Shown: positions 17,200-26,779 of the stretch, one piece after another
Numbering within the stretch: position 1 is the stretch's first letter
Layout of the letters: every line of letters starts with the position of its first letter
DNA from: Telmatocola sphagniphila
Lineage (GTDB): Bacteria; Planctomycetota; Planctomycetia; Gemmatales; Gemmataceae
Direction: 5' to 3'
Assembly: GCF_018398935.1 (NCBI RefSeq)
Contig: NZ_CP074694.1
Coordinates: 5,460,001 to 5,492,000 of the forward strand
Length of the DNA stretch: 32,000 nt
Notes under the pieces: model-generated
What the model was told of the DNA's origin: nothing
Database searches by the model: none
The model's input: the letters and a program-made list of their open reading frames with translations, nothing else
Position numbers and translations under genes: made by a program

Positions 17200-18480
17200 A
17201 TGAGAATCCGTCTAGCACTAATCGCGTCGCTATTTTCGTTATCGCCGCTTGCCGCCCAGGAGACCCAGCCGGCGGGTTTCTCCCGTCCCGCGCTCAACCT
17301 GAAATTGCCCGATGTGCCCGAGCCCGCCGGTCCCTCCCGGCCGGCCGATACCTTGCGAACCTTACCCCCTTTGATTCCACCAGGCGGCCTGCCGCCGGAG
17401 CTGAAAAAAGAAGCGTCCAAGAATTCGGAAATCGATCCGTCCCTGCAGAAAATCGACCTATCGTCGGTTACCATCCAGGATAAGTTCGGCCGGTTTCTGG
17501 TAACCTCGGGTAACTCGGTCCTTCGGGACTGCGGAGCGGATCGCGCGACGGCGCAGACCGTTTTGATGGTCATTCAGCAGATGGGTTTCACTCACCACGG
17601 CAGCATTGCCGGCGCTAATCCGCCATTCGAATACTGGCTGGTCGAAGATCAGAGTATGGCGAAGAAGGGGCTCGTCTCCTCGGAAGCCCACACCAAGACC
17701 TCAATGATGATCCCGATCAATGCAGAAGGCATCCATGCGAAGAAGGTCTCCGGCGCCTGGATCGTCACGGACGGTGGCCGGGTTCTCTACAATTTCGGCC
17801 AGTTGGAAGAGAATGCCCGGAAAGCGGTGGAAGTGCTGAAGAAATATGGTTTCAACGCCTTGGGAATCGTCGGTCAGCCAGTGCCGATCATGACCTATCC
17901 CACCAAGGCGGCCGGTTCCGCGATTACTGCGCCCGCGGCCTCGAGGCAAACACCGAATGTACCGTTCGATCCCGAAACGGCCCGCTTCCTGCAGAATGGT
18001 TTCTTCATTCCGCAGGTCGGCTATCTCGGACATCGCAAGCCGTTCGATCTTCAGCAGCTGGAATTGAAGCGCGGTCGCGAATGGGTGATGCTGGCCGGGC
18101 CGATGACTCTGTTCAACTTCGGCAGCGACGAGAACACCGGCCGGCAAGTTCTGCGAGCTTTTCAGGATTGGCACGTCAACGAGTACGTGGAGATTGGCAA
18201 CACGGGCTATCGATTATTTCTGGCGGCCAGCCGCGTTCCGAATGGCCGGCCGTTCAATGCGCGTTCGATCGACTTTCGAAACGAGGATTTGAAAGTCGTC
18301 AAGGACAAGGAAGACCACTACTGGCTACAGGCCGGTTCGACGCAGATCCTCGATTGCGGGAAGAGCGATAAGGACGCGGATCTGTTGCTGACCGCCTGCC
18401 GGTATTTCCAGGTCGACTGTGCGGCGAAATACGGCAACCCGCGCTACGGGGAACATATGTTCCTGATCCGAGCGCGCTAA
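17200..18480 (+). CDS. Secreted protein of unknown function with four ~65-aa internal repeats
   Basis: The start was moved to ATG 17200, which gives the signal peptide MRIRLALIASLFSLSPLAAQE. A Pro-rich linker follows. Then come four repeats sharing h-D...W.h..G...L.dFG....A......h..y......G (sequences are given in the findings). Confidence 0.7.
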   Translation: MRIRLALIASLFSLSPLAAQETQPAGFSRPALNLKLPDVPEPAGPSRPADTLRTLPPLIPPGGLPPELKKEASKNSEIDPSLQKIDLSSVTIQDKFGRFLVTSGNSVLRDCGADRATAQTVLMVIQQMGFTHHGSIAGANPPFEYWLVEDQSMAKKGLVSSEAHTKTSMMIPINAEGIHAKKVSGAWIVTDGGRVLYNFGQLEENARKAVEVLKKYGFNALGIVGQPVPIMTYPTKAAGSAITAPAASRQTPNVPFDPETARFLQNGFFIPQVGYLGHRKPFDLQQLELKRGREWVMLAGPMTLFNFGSDENTGRQVLRAFQDWHVNEYVEIGNTGYRLFLAASRVPNGRPFNARSIDFRNEDLKVVKDKEDHYWLQAGSTQILDCGKSDKDADLLLTACRYFQVDCAAKYGNPRYGEHMFLIRAR

Positions 18481-18495
18481 GAGATATCCGAAGTC

Positions 18496-19215
18496 CTAAC
18501 GAGATTTCCGAGGCTTCTTCTCGGCGGGGGTCCCCGTTGCGGGGGCCGATTTGTTCAAGGCGTACAGGCAATCGTTCCGCAGAGGGCATTGCGGGCATTT
18601 CGGCTTTTCGTGGCAGACGTCCGCAGCCACTTCGCTGATCAAATCGGTGAACAGCGGCCCTTTGGCTTTGGGAATGTAGTGTTCCAAAGTGCCCGAGATG
18701 TTATCCAGACTATCGGTGGGGTCGTCGATGGCACCAACCCGGTGCAATACTCGCAGCGTCGGCGTATCGAGCGGCATGGCGTGACCGCCGAAGCCCCGTT
18801 GCACCACCCAGGCGACGGAAAATTCATTCACGTCGTGCAGTCGGCTCAATTTGCGGGCGCCTTCTTTCTGCCCCTTTTTCGGTAACTCGTCCATGTTGAA
18901 CGAGTAAGTCAATTCGAACCATTCCTGCAGGATGCCGACTATCCGCTGGGCCCGCACACCGGCGTTCGGCAGTTCGCTCAGGGCTTCGCCCACTTCCGTC
19001 GGCGAGGAGACGCGGATTTCATTGAGGTCGATGAAGTTCTTGATCAGATTTTCGTAGGCGTCGGTGGCGAGTTTTTGCGTCGTGCCTTCCCGGAGTATCG
19101 AGAAGAGCAGTTCTTCCAGGATGGGACGGGATTCGGCGGCTTCTAACTCATACTTCTTCTTGGCCAGGTTGAAGATCTGAGTGAGTAACGCCTGTTTGTT
19201 GGTTACGGTCGGCAT
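18496..19215 (-). CDS. Endonuclease III-like (HhH-GPD superfamily) protein with a C-terminal Cys cluster
   Basis: The start was moved to ATG 19215, 23 nt after the rbfA stop. LSELPNAGVRAQRIVGIL is helix-hairpin-helix-like. PLDTPTLRVLHRVGAI resembles VDTHV.RV..RLG of Nth. CHEKPKCPQCPLRNDC (Cx5Cx2Cx5C) resembles the 4Fe-4S cluster loop. Confidence 0.65.
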   Translation of the reverse strand: MPTVTNKQALLTQIFNLAKKKYELEAAESRPILEELLFSILREGTTQKLATDAYENLIKNFIDLNEIRVSSPTEVGEALSELPNAGVRAQRIVGILQEWFELTYSFNMDELPKKGQKEGARKLSRLHDVNEFSVAWVVQRGFGGHAMPLDTPTLRVLHRVGAIDDPTDSLDNISGTLEHYIPKAKGPLFTDLISEVAADVCHEKPKCPQCPLRNDCLYALNKSAPATGTPAEKKPRKSR

Positions 19216-19237
19216 GGAGGTTCGTCCGTGGTGAAAT

Positions 19238-19651
19238 TCAGCCGGGGGTCTCGTCGGCACCCTCAATCTGTCCGGAATCCTTCTGTTCTGTTGTATCGGC
19301 TTTGCCCTCGAGGGCACGGGCTTCCGCCAAAAGTCGATTGACTTCGATACTATTTTTCACGCCCTCGTCCAGAACGAAAGTCAAGACGGGCAGGAAGCGG
19401 GTTTTCATGCGATCCGCCAGACGGGACTGGACGAAGCCAGCCGCGTGGTTCAGAGCTCGCAACCCCACCTCCTGAGTGCGCTGGTCTCCCATAATGGAAA
19501 CGTACACTTTCCCATGCTGCAAATCGCCGGAAACCTCGGCCCGGGTTACCGTTGTCATTTTCACTCGGGGATCGCGGATATGGAACAAAATGGTTTCGCT
19601 GGCCACTTCGCGAATGACCTCGGCCACCCGTGCCTGTCTATGTGTTTTCAT
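19238..19651 (-). CDS. rbfA: Ribosome-binding factor A
   Basis: MKTHRQARVAEVIREVASETILFHIRDPRVKMTTVTRAEVSGDLQHGKVYVSIMGD...FLPVLTFVLDEG matches the RbfA family pattern. The gene sits in its conserved position downstream of infB. The start was taken at ATG 19651. Confidence 0.85.
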   Translation of the reverse strand: MKTHRQARVAEVIREVASETILFHIRDPRVKMTTVTRAEVSGDLQHGKVYVSIMGDQRTQEVGLRALNHAAGFVQSRLADRMKTRFLPVLTFVLDEGVKNSIEVNRLLAEARALEGKADTTEQKDSGQIEGADETPG

Positions 19652-19737
19652 ACTCGAATTTCCTGCGGTGCCTCTCTTTTGCACCGAATTATGCGCCGGG
19701 AATACTGGCTCCCGGATCCTTCAATCAGAGGCCGGGG

Positions 19738-20016
19738 TTAAGAAAAGGGTTCGCAGTCGATATATTCCGCGACCGGATGGCCCCGGAGTGCCGCTTTGAT
19801 GTGTTCCAGACAACTGGCCACATCCTCGGCCTCTTCCGCCACCGTGCTGATGCCCAGCGTGATCAACTGATGGTTGTCCCGGCTGCCGACCTCGGCTATG
19901 GCCACATTGAAACCATTCTTCATCCGGTCGATGATGCTGCGCACCACCTGGCGCTTATCCTTGAGCGTCCGCGCTCCGCGAACCCGTAACCGGATGCGAA
20001 TTGAACCTGTGTGCAT
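19738..20016 (-). CDS. DUF503 (YlxP-like) family protein
   Basis: MHTGSIRIRLRVRGARTLKDKRQVVRSIIDRMKNGFNVAIAEVGSRDNHQLITLGISTV matches the DUF503 pattern. The gene has the usual placement between infB and rbfA. Confidence 0.8.
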   Translation of the reverse strand: MHTGSIRIRLRVRGARTLKDKRQVVRSIIDRMKNGFNVAIAEVGSRDNHQLITLGISTVAEEAEDVASCLEHIKAALRGHPVAEYIDCEPFS

Positions 20017-20063
20017 TCTGGTAGCAATCCGCCTTGCGGCGGATGCTATAAAAGGTTGACCGA

Positions 20064-23000
20064 TTAATCCAGCGTTCGCTGGATCTGTTCGATGCGGTAA
20101 GCTTCGATCACATCGCCCACTTTAATATCATCGTATCCGGCGATCTTGATACCGCAATCGTAGCCTTCGCGAACTTCTTTCACGTCGTCCTTGAATCGCT
20201 TGAGCGATTCGAGGCTGGCGACCTTCTCGGCGGGCGGGTAAACCACCGCGCCTTCGCGAATAACCCGGATCTTGGCCGAACGTTCGATCGTGCCCTGTGT
20301 GACGTAACAACCGGCAATCGTACCCACCCGGCTGATCTTGAAGGTTTCCCGGATAACCGCCCGCCCCAGGTGAATGACTTCTTCCCGAGGTTTGAGCTTC
20401 CCTTCCAGAGCGGCCTTAATATCGTCCGTCAGGTTATAAATGATGTTGTACTCGCGGAGCGGGATACCGCGTTCCTCGGCCAACCGCAGAGCCGCATCGT
20501 CCGGCACCACGTTGAAGCCGACGATCATGGAATCCTGCGGCGAAGTCATCGCCAACTGGACGTCGCTTTCGGTAATCGCCCCGATCCCGGCGTGCAGCAC
20601 GCGCACCCGGACTTCCGGATGCACCAGCTTTTCCAGCTCCTTGCGAATCGCTTCCACCGAACCGCGGGCTTCGGCCTTGAGGATGATCTTGAGTTCCGTG
20701 ATCTTCGTCTTGGCTTTGCTGAGGTTGTCGATGTTGACCGGTTCGTAACGGTACTGGCCCGCTTCGAGTTGCTTTTCCTTACGGCTCTCGGCAATTTCGC
20801 GAGCGTTCGAAAGATCGCTCACCACCGTAAAGTGGTCGTCCGCATTTGGCACGGCGTCGAGACCGGTGATTCGCACCGGCACGCTGGGGCCCGCTTTCTC
20901 GATGGCGACGCCCAGGTCGTTGTACATCGCGCGAACGCGACCGTAGCAACTGCCGCAGAGGATGACGTCGCCTTTATTGAGCGTACCCTGCTGAACCAGA
21001 ACCGTGGCCATAACCCCTTCGTCTGCCGACATGTAGGCTTCCAGGCAAGTGCCCAGAGCCGGCTTGTTGGGATTGGCTTTCAGTTCCTTGATTTCCGCCA
21101 CCAGGGCCAGCGTATCGAGCAGTTCGCTGATCCCCTTGCCGGTAGCAGCCGAGGTGTAGACGAACTGAGCATCGCCGCCCATCGTATCGGGCAGAAGGCC
21201 CAAAGAATAGAGTTGCGATTCGGTCTTGCGGATATCGGCGTTGGGCAGGTCGATCTTGTTGATCGCCACGACAATGCTGACGCCGGCCGCCTTGGCGTGG
21301 GCAATCGCTTCTTCCGTTTGGGGTTTCACGCCGGAGTCGGCCGCCACCACAATCACCACGATATCGGTGACGTTCGCCCCGCGAGCACGCATCTTGGTGA
21401 ATGCCTCGTGACCGGGGGTATCGAGGAAGGTGATCGGCTTGCCGTTGTGTTCCACCCGCCAGGCCCGAATGACCTGGGTGATGCCGCCCGCTTCGGTATC
21501 GACGACATTGGACGCGCGGATCTTGTCGAGCAGCGACGTTTTGCCGTGGTCGACGTGGCCCATGATGGTGACGATGGGAGCCCGGGGCTCCAGATGGCTC
21601 GGGTCGTCCTCGGCCTTCAGTTTTTCGAACAGATCGTCTTCGGCCGTCTTGGGCTTGATGATTTCCAGTTCGACCTGATTTTCGCCGGCGATCAATTCCG
21701 CCACTTCAGTATCGACGCTGGAATTAATCGTGTACAGCGAGTTGGTCAAATCCTTCAGCTTGAACAACAGCTGCGCGGCCTTCATACCCACCGCTTCGGA
21801 AAGCGAGCGGACGGTAATCGGCATGCTAATCGGCACTTTCCCCTTGCGCTCGAGCGTGCCGGGGAGCTTCTTCCGCAACTTCGCTTTCGCGTTGCGGTTC
21901 TTATAGTGGATTTCGTTTTCGATAACTTCGGCGTGGCCATCCTTGATCACCACGGCGCCGGCCAGAGTCTTGCGCTTTTCAGCTCGCTTGGCGCGTTCGC
22001 TGTGTCGGGCATTTCGGCCGGCGACCTTGCCGGGCTTCTTATCGTCTCCCTCTTCTTCGACTTCAGTCGCCGGGGCCGCACCTTGCGCTTTGGCAAGCTC
22101 GGCGGCGGCCGCTGCTTGAGCGGCCTTCTGCTCGCGCATGACGTCGATAAGGGTCTTGCCCTCGCGCATCGCCTTGAGCTGCTCGGGCGTGAATTTCACC
22201 GGACTGGGACCGACCTTTTTGTCGTCCTTTTTGCCAGCAACGGCCGGCACCTGACCGGCTGGGGCGCCGGGTCGTTTGGCCTGATCGCCGCGCGGCGGAA
22301 CCAGGGGTCGGCGATCGCCACCTTGTGGGCCGCGACCCGGTCCACCTTCGTTGCGTTGATCGCGTTGATTCGGAGTAGCCGGGCCACCCGGTCCGGGAGG
22401 TCGCGGCGAATTCAAATTCTGCATGGGCCGAGTCGGTCGCGGTAGAACGGGTGCGGCCGGTCGCGGCGGCGCTTGCGGAGTCGCCGGAGCTTGAGTGGTC
22501 GGAGCGGGTGGGGCTGCCGTCGGTGCTTGCGGCGGCGGACTCACCGGAGTTTGTTTGGCCGTGGAGGTCGGGACCGGAGCCGGCGCTGGCGTCGGAGCTG
22601 CCGGGCGATTGGTGACCGGAGTGCTGGGCGAGGAGGGTCGTCGACCTGTCAGATTCAAAATTTTATTCGAAGACAAATTCGGAAGTTTCGCTGGGGTTGG
22701 GGCCGGAGCCGGAGTCGGGGCTGGGGCCGGGATGGGAGTCGGCGCGGCCGCAAGGGTCGGTACCGTTTCGGGTGAATTTTCAGGCGCCGCGATCGGAGTG
22801 ATCTCGGCAGTAACAATGGGGGCTTCCAGCACCTCGACGGGCGATTCGGAAACGACCGCAGGGGTGCTCTCGACCACCGGTTCCGCTTCCGCGGCCGGGG
22901 GCGCTTCCGGAGCTTCTTCGGCGACGACCGGTTTGGCCGTTTTCGGGGCCGGGGGTAGCGTCCGGATTGGTTTATTCAAAGAGGTGGGAAGCGGCGCCGG

Positions 23001-23204
23001 GCTGGCAGCTGCCTTCGGCGCAGCGGCTTTCGACCCGCCCTGTTTGCGTGCATTCAATGCGTCGACTTGCTCCGGCTCCAGACTGCTCAACTGATTCTTG
23101 GCATCGAACCCGAGCTCTTTGCAATAGTCCAGAATGACCTTGCTATCGACCTTCCATTCTTTAGCTAAAGCGTAAATACGAATTTTGTCTTTGGCTTGCT
23201 GCAA
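20064..23204 (-). CDS. infB: Translation initiation factor IF-2
   Basis: IF2 N-terminal domain: [26 protein letters not shown] roughly 300-aa Pro/Ala-rich linker follows. GTPase motifs [20 protein letters not shown] and NKID are present, and the C-terminal domains are conserved. The TTG start at 23204 is preceded by GGGGGAG with a 6-nt spacer. Confidence 0.95.
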   Translation of the reverse strand: MQQAKDKIRIYALAKEWKVDSKVILDYCKELGFDAKNQLSSLEPEQVDALNARKQGGSKAAAPKAAASPAPLPTSLNKPIRTLPPAPKTAKPVVAEEAPEAPPAAEAEPVVESTPAVVSESPVEVLEAPIVTAEITPIAAPENSPETVPTLAAAPTPIPAPAPTPAPAPTPAKLPNLSSNKILNLTGRRPSSPSTPVTNRPAAPTPAPAPVPTSTAKQTPVSPPPQAPTAAPPAPTTQAPATPQAPPRPAAPVLPRPTRPMQNLNSPRPPGPGGPATPNQRDQRNEGGPGRGPQGGDRRPLVPPRGDQAKRPGAPAGQVPAVAGKKDDKKVGPSPVKFTPEQLKAMREGKTLIDVMREQKAAQAAAAAELAKAQGAAPATEVEEEGDDKKPGKVAGRNARHSERAKRAEKRKTLAGAVVIKDGHAEVIENEIHYKNRNAKAKLRKKLPGTLERKGKVPISMPITVRSLSEAVGMKAAQLLFKLKDLTNSLYTINSSVDTEVAELIAGENQVELEIIKPKTAEDDLFEKLKAEDDPSHLEPRAPIVTIMGHVDHGKTSLLDKIRASNVVDTEAGGITQVIRAWRVEHNGKPITFLDTPGHEAFTKMRARGANVTDIVVIVVAADSGVKPQTEEAIAHAKAAGVSIVVAINKIDLPNADIRKTESQLYSLGLLPDTMGGDAQFVYTSAATGKGISELLDTLALVAEIKELKANPNKPALGTCLEAYMSADEGVMATVLVQQGTLNKGDVILCGSCYGRVRAMYNDLGVAIEKAGPSVPVRITGLDAVPNADDHFTVVSDLSNAREIAESRKEKQLEAGQYRYEPVNIDNLSKAKTKITELKIILKAEARGSVEAIRKELEKLVHPEVRVRVLHAGIGAITESDVQLAMTSPQDSMIVGFNVVPDDAALRLAEERGIPLREYNIIYNLTDDIKAALEGKLKPREEVIHLGRAVIRETFKISRVGTIAGCYVTQGTIERSAKIRVIREGAVVYPPAEKVASLESLKRFKDDVKEVREGYDCGIKIAGYDDIKVGDVIEAYRIEQIQRTLD

Positions 23205-23216
23205 GCGGAACTCCCC

Positions 23217-23270
23217 CGAAGCGGTACTTTCCGCTTCGCTGACCCCAGAATGAAACTCAACTATATTATA
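23217..23270 (-). promoter_or_regulatory. Putative infB -10 element and 5'-UTR hairpin
   Basis: A perfect TATAAT lies on the minus strand (plus-strand attata, 23265-23270), with only a weak -35. An 8-bp perfect stem cgaagcgg (23217-23224) / ccgcttcg (23231-23238) with a 6-nt loop lies just upstream of the Shine-Dalgarno sequence. Confidence 0.3.
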
Positions 23271-23788
23271 TGTAAGCTTTTAAATCTTTTGTATTGACGA
23301 GAGTACCCACGACGGGAACCGTCCTGGGAGATTGAACCATTCCAGCCTGTTTTGCCCCGGCTGGTCGGTGAGTGGATGCTAGGGGATGCCTGCCAATGCC
23401 GTCTCGCCCCAGACTTGGATAGTCCCGGAGATGCAAACGAGTCGGCTACCATTCTCCTGTGGTCGGTAATGGAATCAGCAAAGTAGAGATCGAGAGAACC
23501 CTATTCTGCGTTTAGCTAATATACGGCGCGTACGGGAACTATTGCAAGAGGGTTGGACGAAGAATTTTACTCCGATCTCACAATAAACCCGGAAAGAGCT
23601 GATAATTCGTCTCGGTTTACCCTGACCTTTGCTCGCCGAATCCGATCTCAATTGGAACGATTTCCCACCGAAGCGGCGTTGCGGCTGACTTTTCCCATCA
23701 GACTCCCCGGATTCCTAATGATTTTCTCATGATCTCTATGGAGAATAGCGAACAATCCCAGCACTATCCGAATCGTGGTAGTTTCATC

Positions 23789-25696
23789 ATGAAAAAGATC
23801 CTTTTCACCGCACTCTCGACCTTAATTGGTCTGGGAGGAATTTCCCCGGCGTTCGCGCAGGAATTGTTGCCCGCCCCCCGCATCTCAGGCATTATCGTGC
23901 CGCCCTACCATCTCGTGCTGCCGGAGAATCTCAAAGACTACAAAACGGTGGAGACCGCCGCGAAATCGAAAAGTGTCGCGCTTTCCACGAATAAAACCGG
24001 CCAGACCGGCTATCTCGGCATCCACCTGGAAACGCAGGGAGACAAACTCTTAATCGATGCCGTGCAACCGAATAGCCCGGCCGCCGCCGCCAAGATTCAG
24101 GTCGGTGATCAGTTGATTTCCTTCGAGAAAGAGCCTTTGAAATCGGTGAGCGAATTTCGCGACCGCTTGCAGACGCTGGAGCCGGGACATCGGGTTCAGC
24201 TCCAAGTTTCCCGGGAAGGGAAGACAATCGATATTCAATCCGAACTGACTGCCACCAGCCGACCTATGAAGCCCGATGCTCCCCAGCCGGTGATGGGCGT
24301 GCGCGTCCAGGACAGCGACGATTCCTCGGGCGTTAAAGTCGAAAATGTCAACGAAGGTTCCACGGCCAACAAGGCCGGGCTGAAAGTCGGCGATATCATT
24401 ACCAAATTCGATGGCTCCGCCGTCACGTATCCCCAGAAGTTCACCGATCTCTTGGGGGAAAAGAAGCCGACCGACACCGTAACTCTCGAAGTGAAGCGGG
24501 CCGACAAGGTTCTGGCTCTGAAAGTTCCGCTCGAATCCTCCACCAATCAGCGAGGAGGCGGGGGTCGTGGGAATCGTGGCGGCTGGGACGATCGCATTGC
24601 CCGGACCTGGCAAAATCCGGTTTTCCGGCTGGCCATCGTCGGCGTGGAGTATCCCGATCTCAAGCACAACGAGAAAATCCGTCTCGAGGACTGGAAGCAA
24701 TCCTTCTTCAGCATCGGCACTTACAACACCACCAACGCCACGGGGCAGAAGACGCACGGCAGCGTTTGTGACTACTATCTGGAGCAATCCTTCGGCAAAC
24801 TGAAGGTGCAGGGCAAGGTGTTCGACTGGGTGCAGCTTCCCAAAAAACGCCTGGAATATGGCGGCAGCACGACGGTCAACTCCAAGACCGATTATCTGAA
24901 AGAAGTGACCGATAAATTAATTGCCCGCGAAGGGAAAGACGCGCTGAAGGACTTCGACGGCATCTTCTTCATCTATGCCGGGGATCGCGCGACTACCAAT
25001 CGCGGTTCGCTCTACTGGCCGCACCGGGCCAACTTCACGTATGAAGGGAAGCGCTGGCCCTATTTCATCATTAACGAGATGGCCTCGCCGCAGCGGATGA
25101 CCGACATCAGTGTGATGTGCCACGAATTCGGCCATATGTTGGGCCTCCCCGATCTTTATGCCCGGCCGGAAAATCCGGGCAGTGAAGGGGTAGGAGTTTG
25201 GTGTGCGATGTCCAACCAGTTGGGGAGCGGTCGGCCGCAGCATTTCTCGGCCTGGTGCAAGGAGCAGTTGAACTGGATCCAGCCGGTCACCCTCGACCCG
25301 ACCGTGAAGCAGAAGCTGGTTCTAGCACCTATAGAAGAAGACACGCATCAGTGCTTCAAAGTGCTTGTGCGACCAGATGGCAGCGAGTATTACCTGTTGG
25401 AGAATCGCCGTCGGAAGGGATTCGATAGCAATTTACCGGCCGAAGGTTTATTGGTCTGGCGAATTCTGAATAATCGACCGATTCTGGAAGAGTCGCATGG
25501 AATTGAGGGGCCGCGCGGTCCGACTTCGTTTTTGGGGATGGTGCCGTTCCCGAGTAACTCGAACAACAGTTTCACGCCGTATACGATGCCGAGTAGTCGA
25601 TCGCAGTTGGGCGGCGGCCTGCCGGTTTACATTACGAATATCCAGCGTCAGCCGGGCGGGTTGATCTCTTTCTGGATCGGGTACGAGTTTGAGTGA
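23789..25696 (+). CDS. Secreted PDZ-domain-containing M6-family (immune inhibitor A-like) metalloprotease
   Basis: The start was moved to ATG 23789, which gives the signal peptide MKKILFTALSTLIGLGGISPAFAQE. There are two PDZ-like modules: GYLGIHLE..LIDAVQPNSPAAAAKIQVGDQLISF and MGVRVQD..VENVNEGSTANKAGLKVGDIITKFDG. The zinc motif HEFGHMLGLPDLY is typical of the M6 domain. Confidence 0.85.
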   Translation: MKKILFTALSTLIGLGGISPAFAQELLPAPRISGIIVPPYHLVLPENLKDYKTVETAAKSKSVALSTNKTGQTGYLGIHLETQGDKLLIDAVQPNSPAAAAKIQVGDQLISFEKEPLKSVSEFRDRLQTLEPGHRVQLQVSREGKTIDIQSELTATSRPMKPDAPQPVMGVRVQDSDDSSGVKVENVNEGSTANKAGLKVGDIITKFDGSAVTYPQKFTDLLGEKKPTDTVTLEVKRADKVLALKVPLESSTNQRGGGGRGNRGGWDDRIARTWQNPVFRLAIVGVEYPDLKHNEKIRLEDWKQSFFSIGTYNTTNATGQKTHGSVCDYYLEQSFGKLKVQGKVFDWVQLPKKRLEYGGSTTVNSKTDYLKEVTDKLIAREGKDALKDFDGIFFIYAGDRATTNRGSLYWPHRANFTYEGKRWPYFIINEMASPQRMTDISVMCHEFGHMLGLPDLYARPENPGSEGVGVWCAMSNQLGSGRPQHFSAWCKEQLNWIQPVTLDPTVKQKLVLAPIEEDTHQCFKVLVRPDGSEYYLLENRRRKGFDSNLPAEGLLVWRILNNRPILEESHGIEGPRGPTSFLGMVPFPSNSNNSFTPYTMPSSRSQLGGGLPVYITNIQRQPGGLISFWIGYEFE

Positions 25697-25697
25697 G
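25610..25697. repeat. Left copy of an 88-bp direct repeat (last 28 codons plus stop of the M6 protease gene)
   Basis: It aligns base for base with 29521-29608 at an offset of 3911 and is 84/88 identical. The last 64 bp are identical. Confidence 0.95.
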
Positions 25698-25717
25698 ACA
25701 AGCTAAATTAGCTTGTC
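25697..25717. other. 21-bp perfect palindrome at the left junction of the inserted segment (hairpin, or a possible terminator or recombination site)
   Basis: gacaagctaa-a-ttagcttgtc starts directly after the TGA stop of the protease gene and ends without a T tract. Confidence 0.4.
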
Positions 25718-26110
25718 CATTTCACATTAAGTATTGTTGAGCTCCTGTTTTGAACGAGAGCTTGATGAGATGTTTTGTTAGTTGAGATTGAAGGTCAAGA
25801 TAATTTGGTTTAGAGCATAGCAATTTTGGGCGAAATTTACGTACTTAGAATTCATCTCATAGGTAGATGTTTAAGAATCAATTTAGCGTGCGAGTGATTT
25901 GGTTTACAATAAAATAAATTTGAAAAAAAGACATTTTTTTTTGCTTGACATAATTCAAATTAAGTTTAGCTTAACATAAAGCCTTTAACATGATTTAATT
26001 TTAAGATTAGAGAGAAGCTTTGCCGGAACCACAAAAAGCACAGAACTAATTTTATATTATTAATTACTGAGTTACAACAAATATCTAAAACTTAAGATCT
26101 TTTGCTTTAT

Positions 26111-26779
26111 ATGAATTTACTATCATTTACAATATTCCTCTTTTCAAGCAATATGCTTTTGATTACAGAGGATCCGATTGCTGAATTTGAAAACAATTTT
26201 CCAGTTATAAAAAAAGGGTTTTTAAGCTCATTCTCAAAATATTCGGAGCAAGAAGGAAGTGTTCCTACTGAAATAAGTCAATCTAATTGGATTGATTCGG
26301 AGAAATTTAAACGGATTACTGAATATAAAAATGTGGTGTCAAAGAAGGGCGAAACGAAAACTGTAGTAGATAAAACTGAAATAGTTATGTCTGAAAATGG
26401 TCGCATTTCTGTATCGATGGATTCAGCTGGGAAAGTTAGGGGTGTTGTGGCTAATGTGAAACAGCTTTCCCCAAAAGACTACATATCCAGAAAATATGAT
26501 TCCACTTGTTTTTCGATCAATGGAATAATAAATTACAACGATTATCAAACGCTTTCCGAGATATTATCTCTTTCAAAAAAAATCGAAACTGTCGGAGATA
26601 ATTTGAATGGAATCAAAGTCATCAAAGTTACGTCTGTAAGCGATTGGGGTAAACATACTCTATGGCTCGACCCAGCAAGAAGCTATTTACCGTTAAGAGT
26701 GTTACAAGAAAAGAAATTAACTGACAAGGTCGATGATGGGAAAAAATTTGAAAGATTGGGCCAAAAAAGACAAAGATAA
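26111..26779 (+). CDS. Hypothetical low-GC protein, N-terminal part of a possible LolA-like (lipoprotein-sorting fold) protein
   Basis: ATG 26111 gives a hydrophobic N-terminus, MNLLSFTIFLFSSNMLLI. IKVIKVTSVSDWGKHTLWLDPARSYLPLRVLQEK resembles LolA/RseB-like domains. The ORF ends shortly after two A6 runs and overlaps the next ORF in another frame. Confidence 0.45.
   Translation: MNLLSFTIFLFSSNMLLITEDPIAEFENNFPVIKKGFLSSFSKYSEQEGSVPTEISQSNWIDSEKFKRITEYKNVVSKKGETKTVVDKTEIVMSENGRISVSMDSAGKVRGVVANVKQLSPKDYISRKYDSTCFSINGIINYNDYQTLSEILSLSKKIETVGDNLNGIKVIKVTSVSDWGKHTLWLDPARSYLPLRVLQEKKLTDKVDDGKKFERLGQKRQR

Noticed and set aside
20370-22445. 691-aa + strand ORF and the 199-aa Gly/Ala-rich ORF (22495-23094) opposite infB
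   Set aside because: These are antisense to an unambiguous IF-2 gene. The Gly/Ala-rich stretch mirrors the Pro/Ala-rich IF-2 linker.
25803-25906. 10-mer ATTTGGTTTA repeated at 25803-25812 and 25897-25906, and an A7/T9 pseudo-palindrome near 25925-25945
   Set aside because: These lie in DNA of about 25-30 % G+C, where such AT-rich matches are expected by chance.
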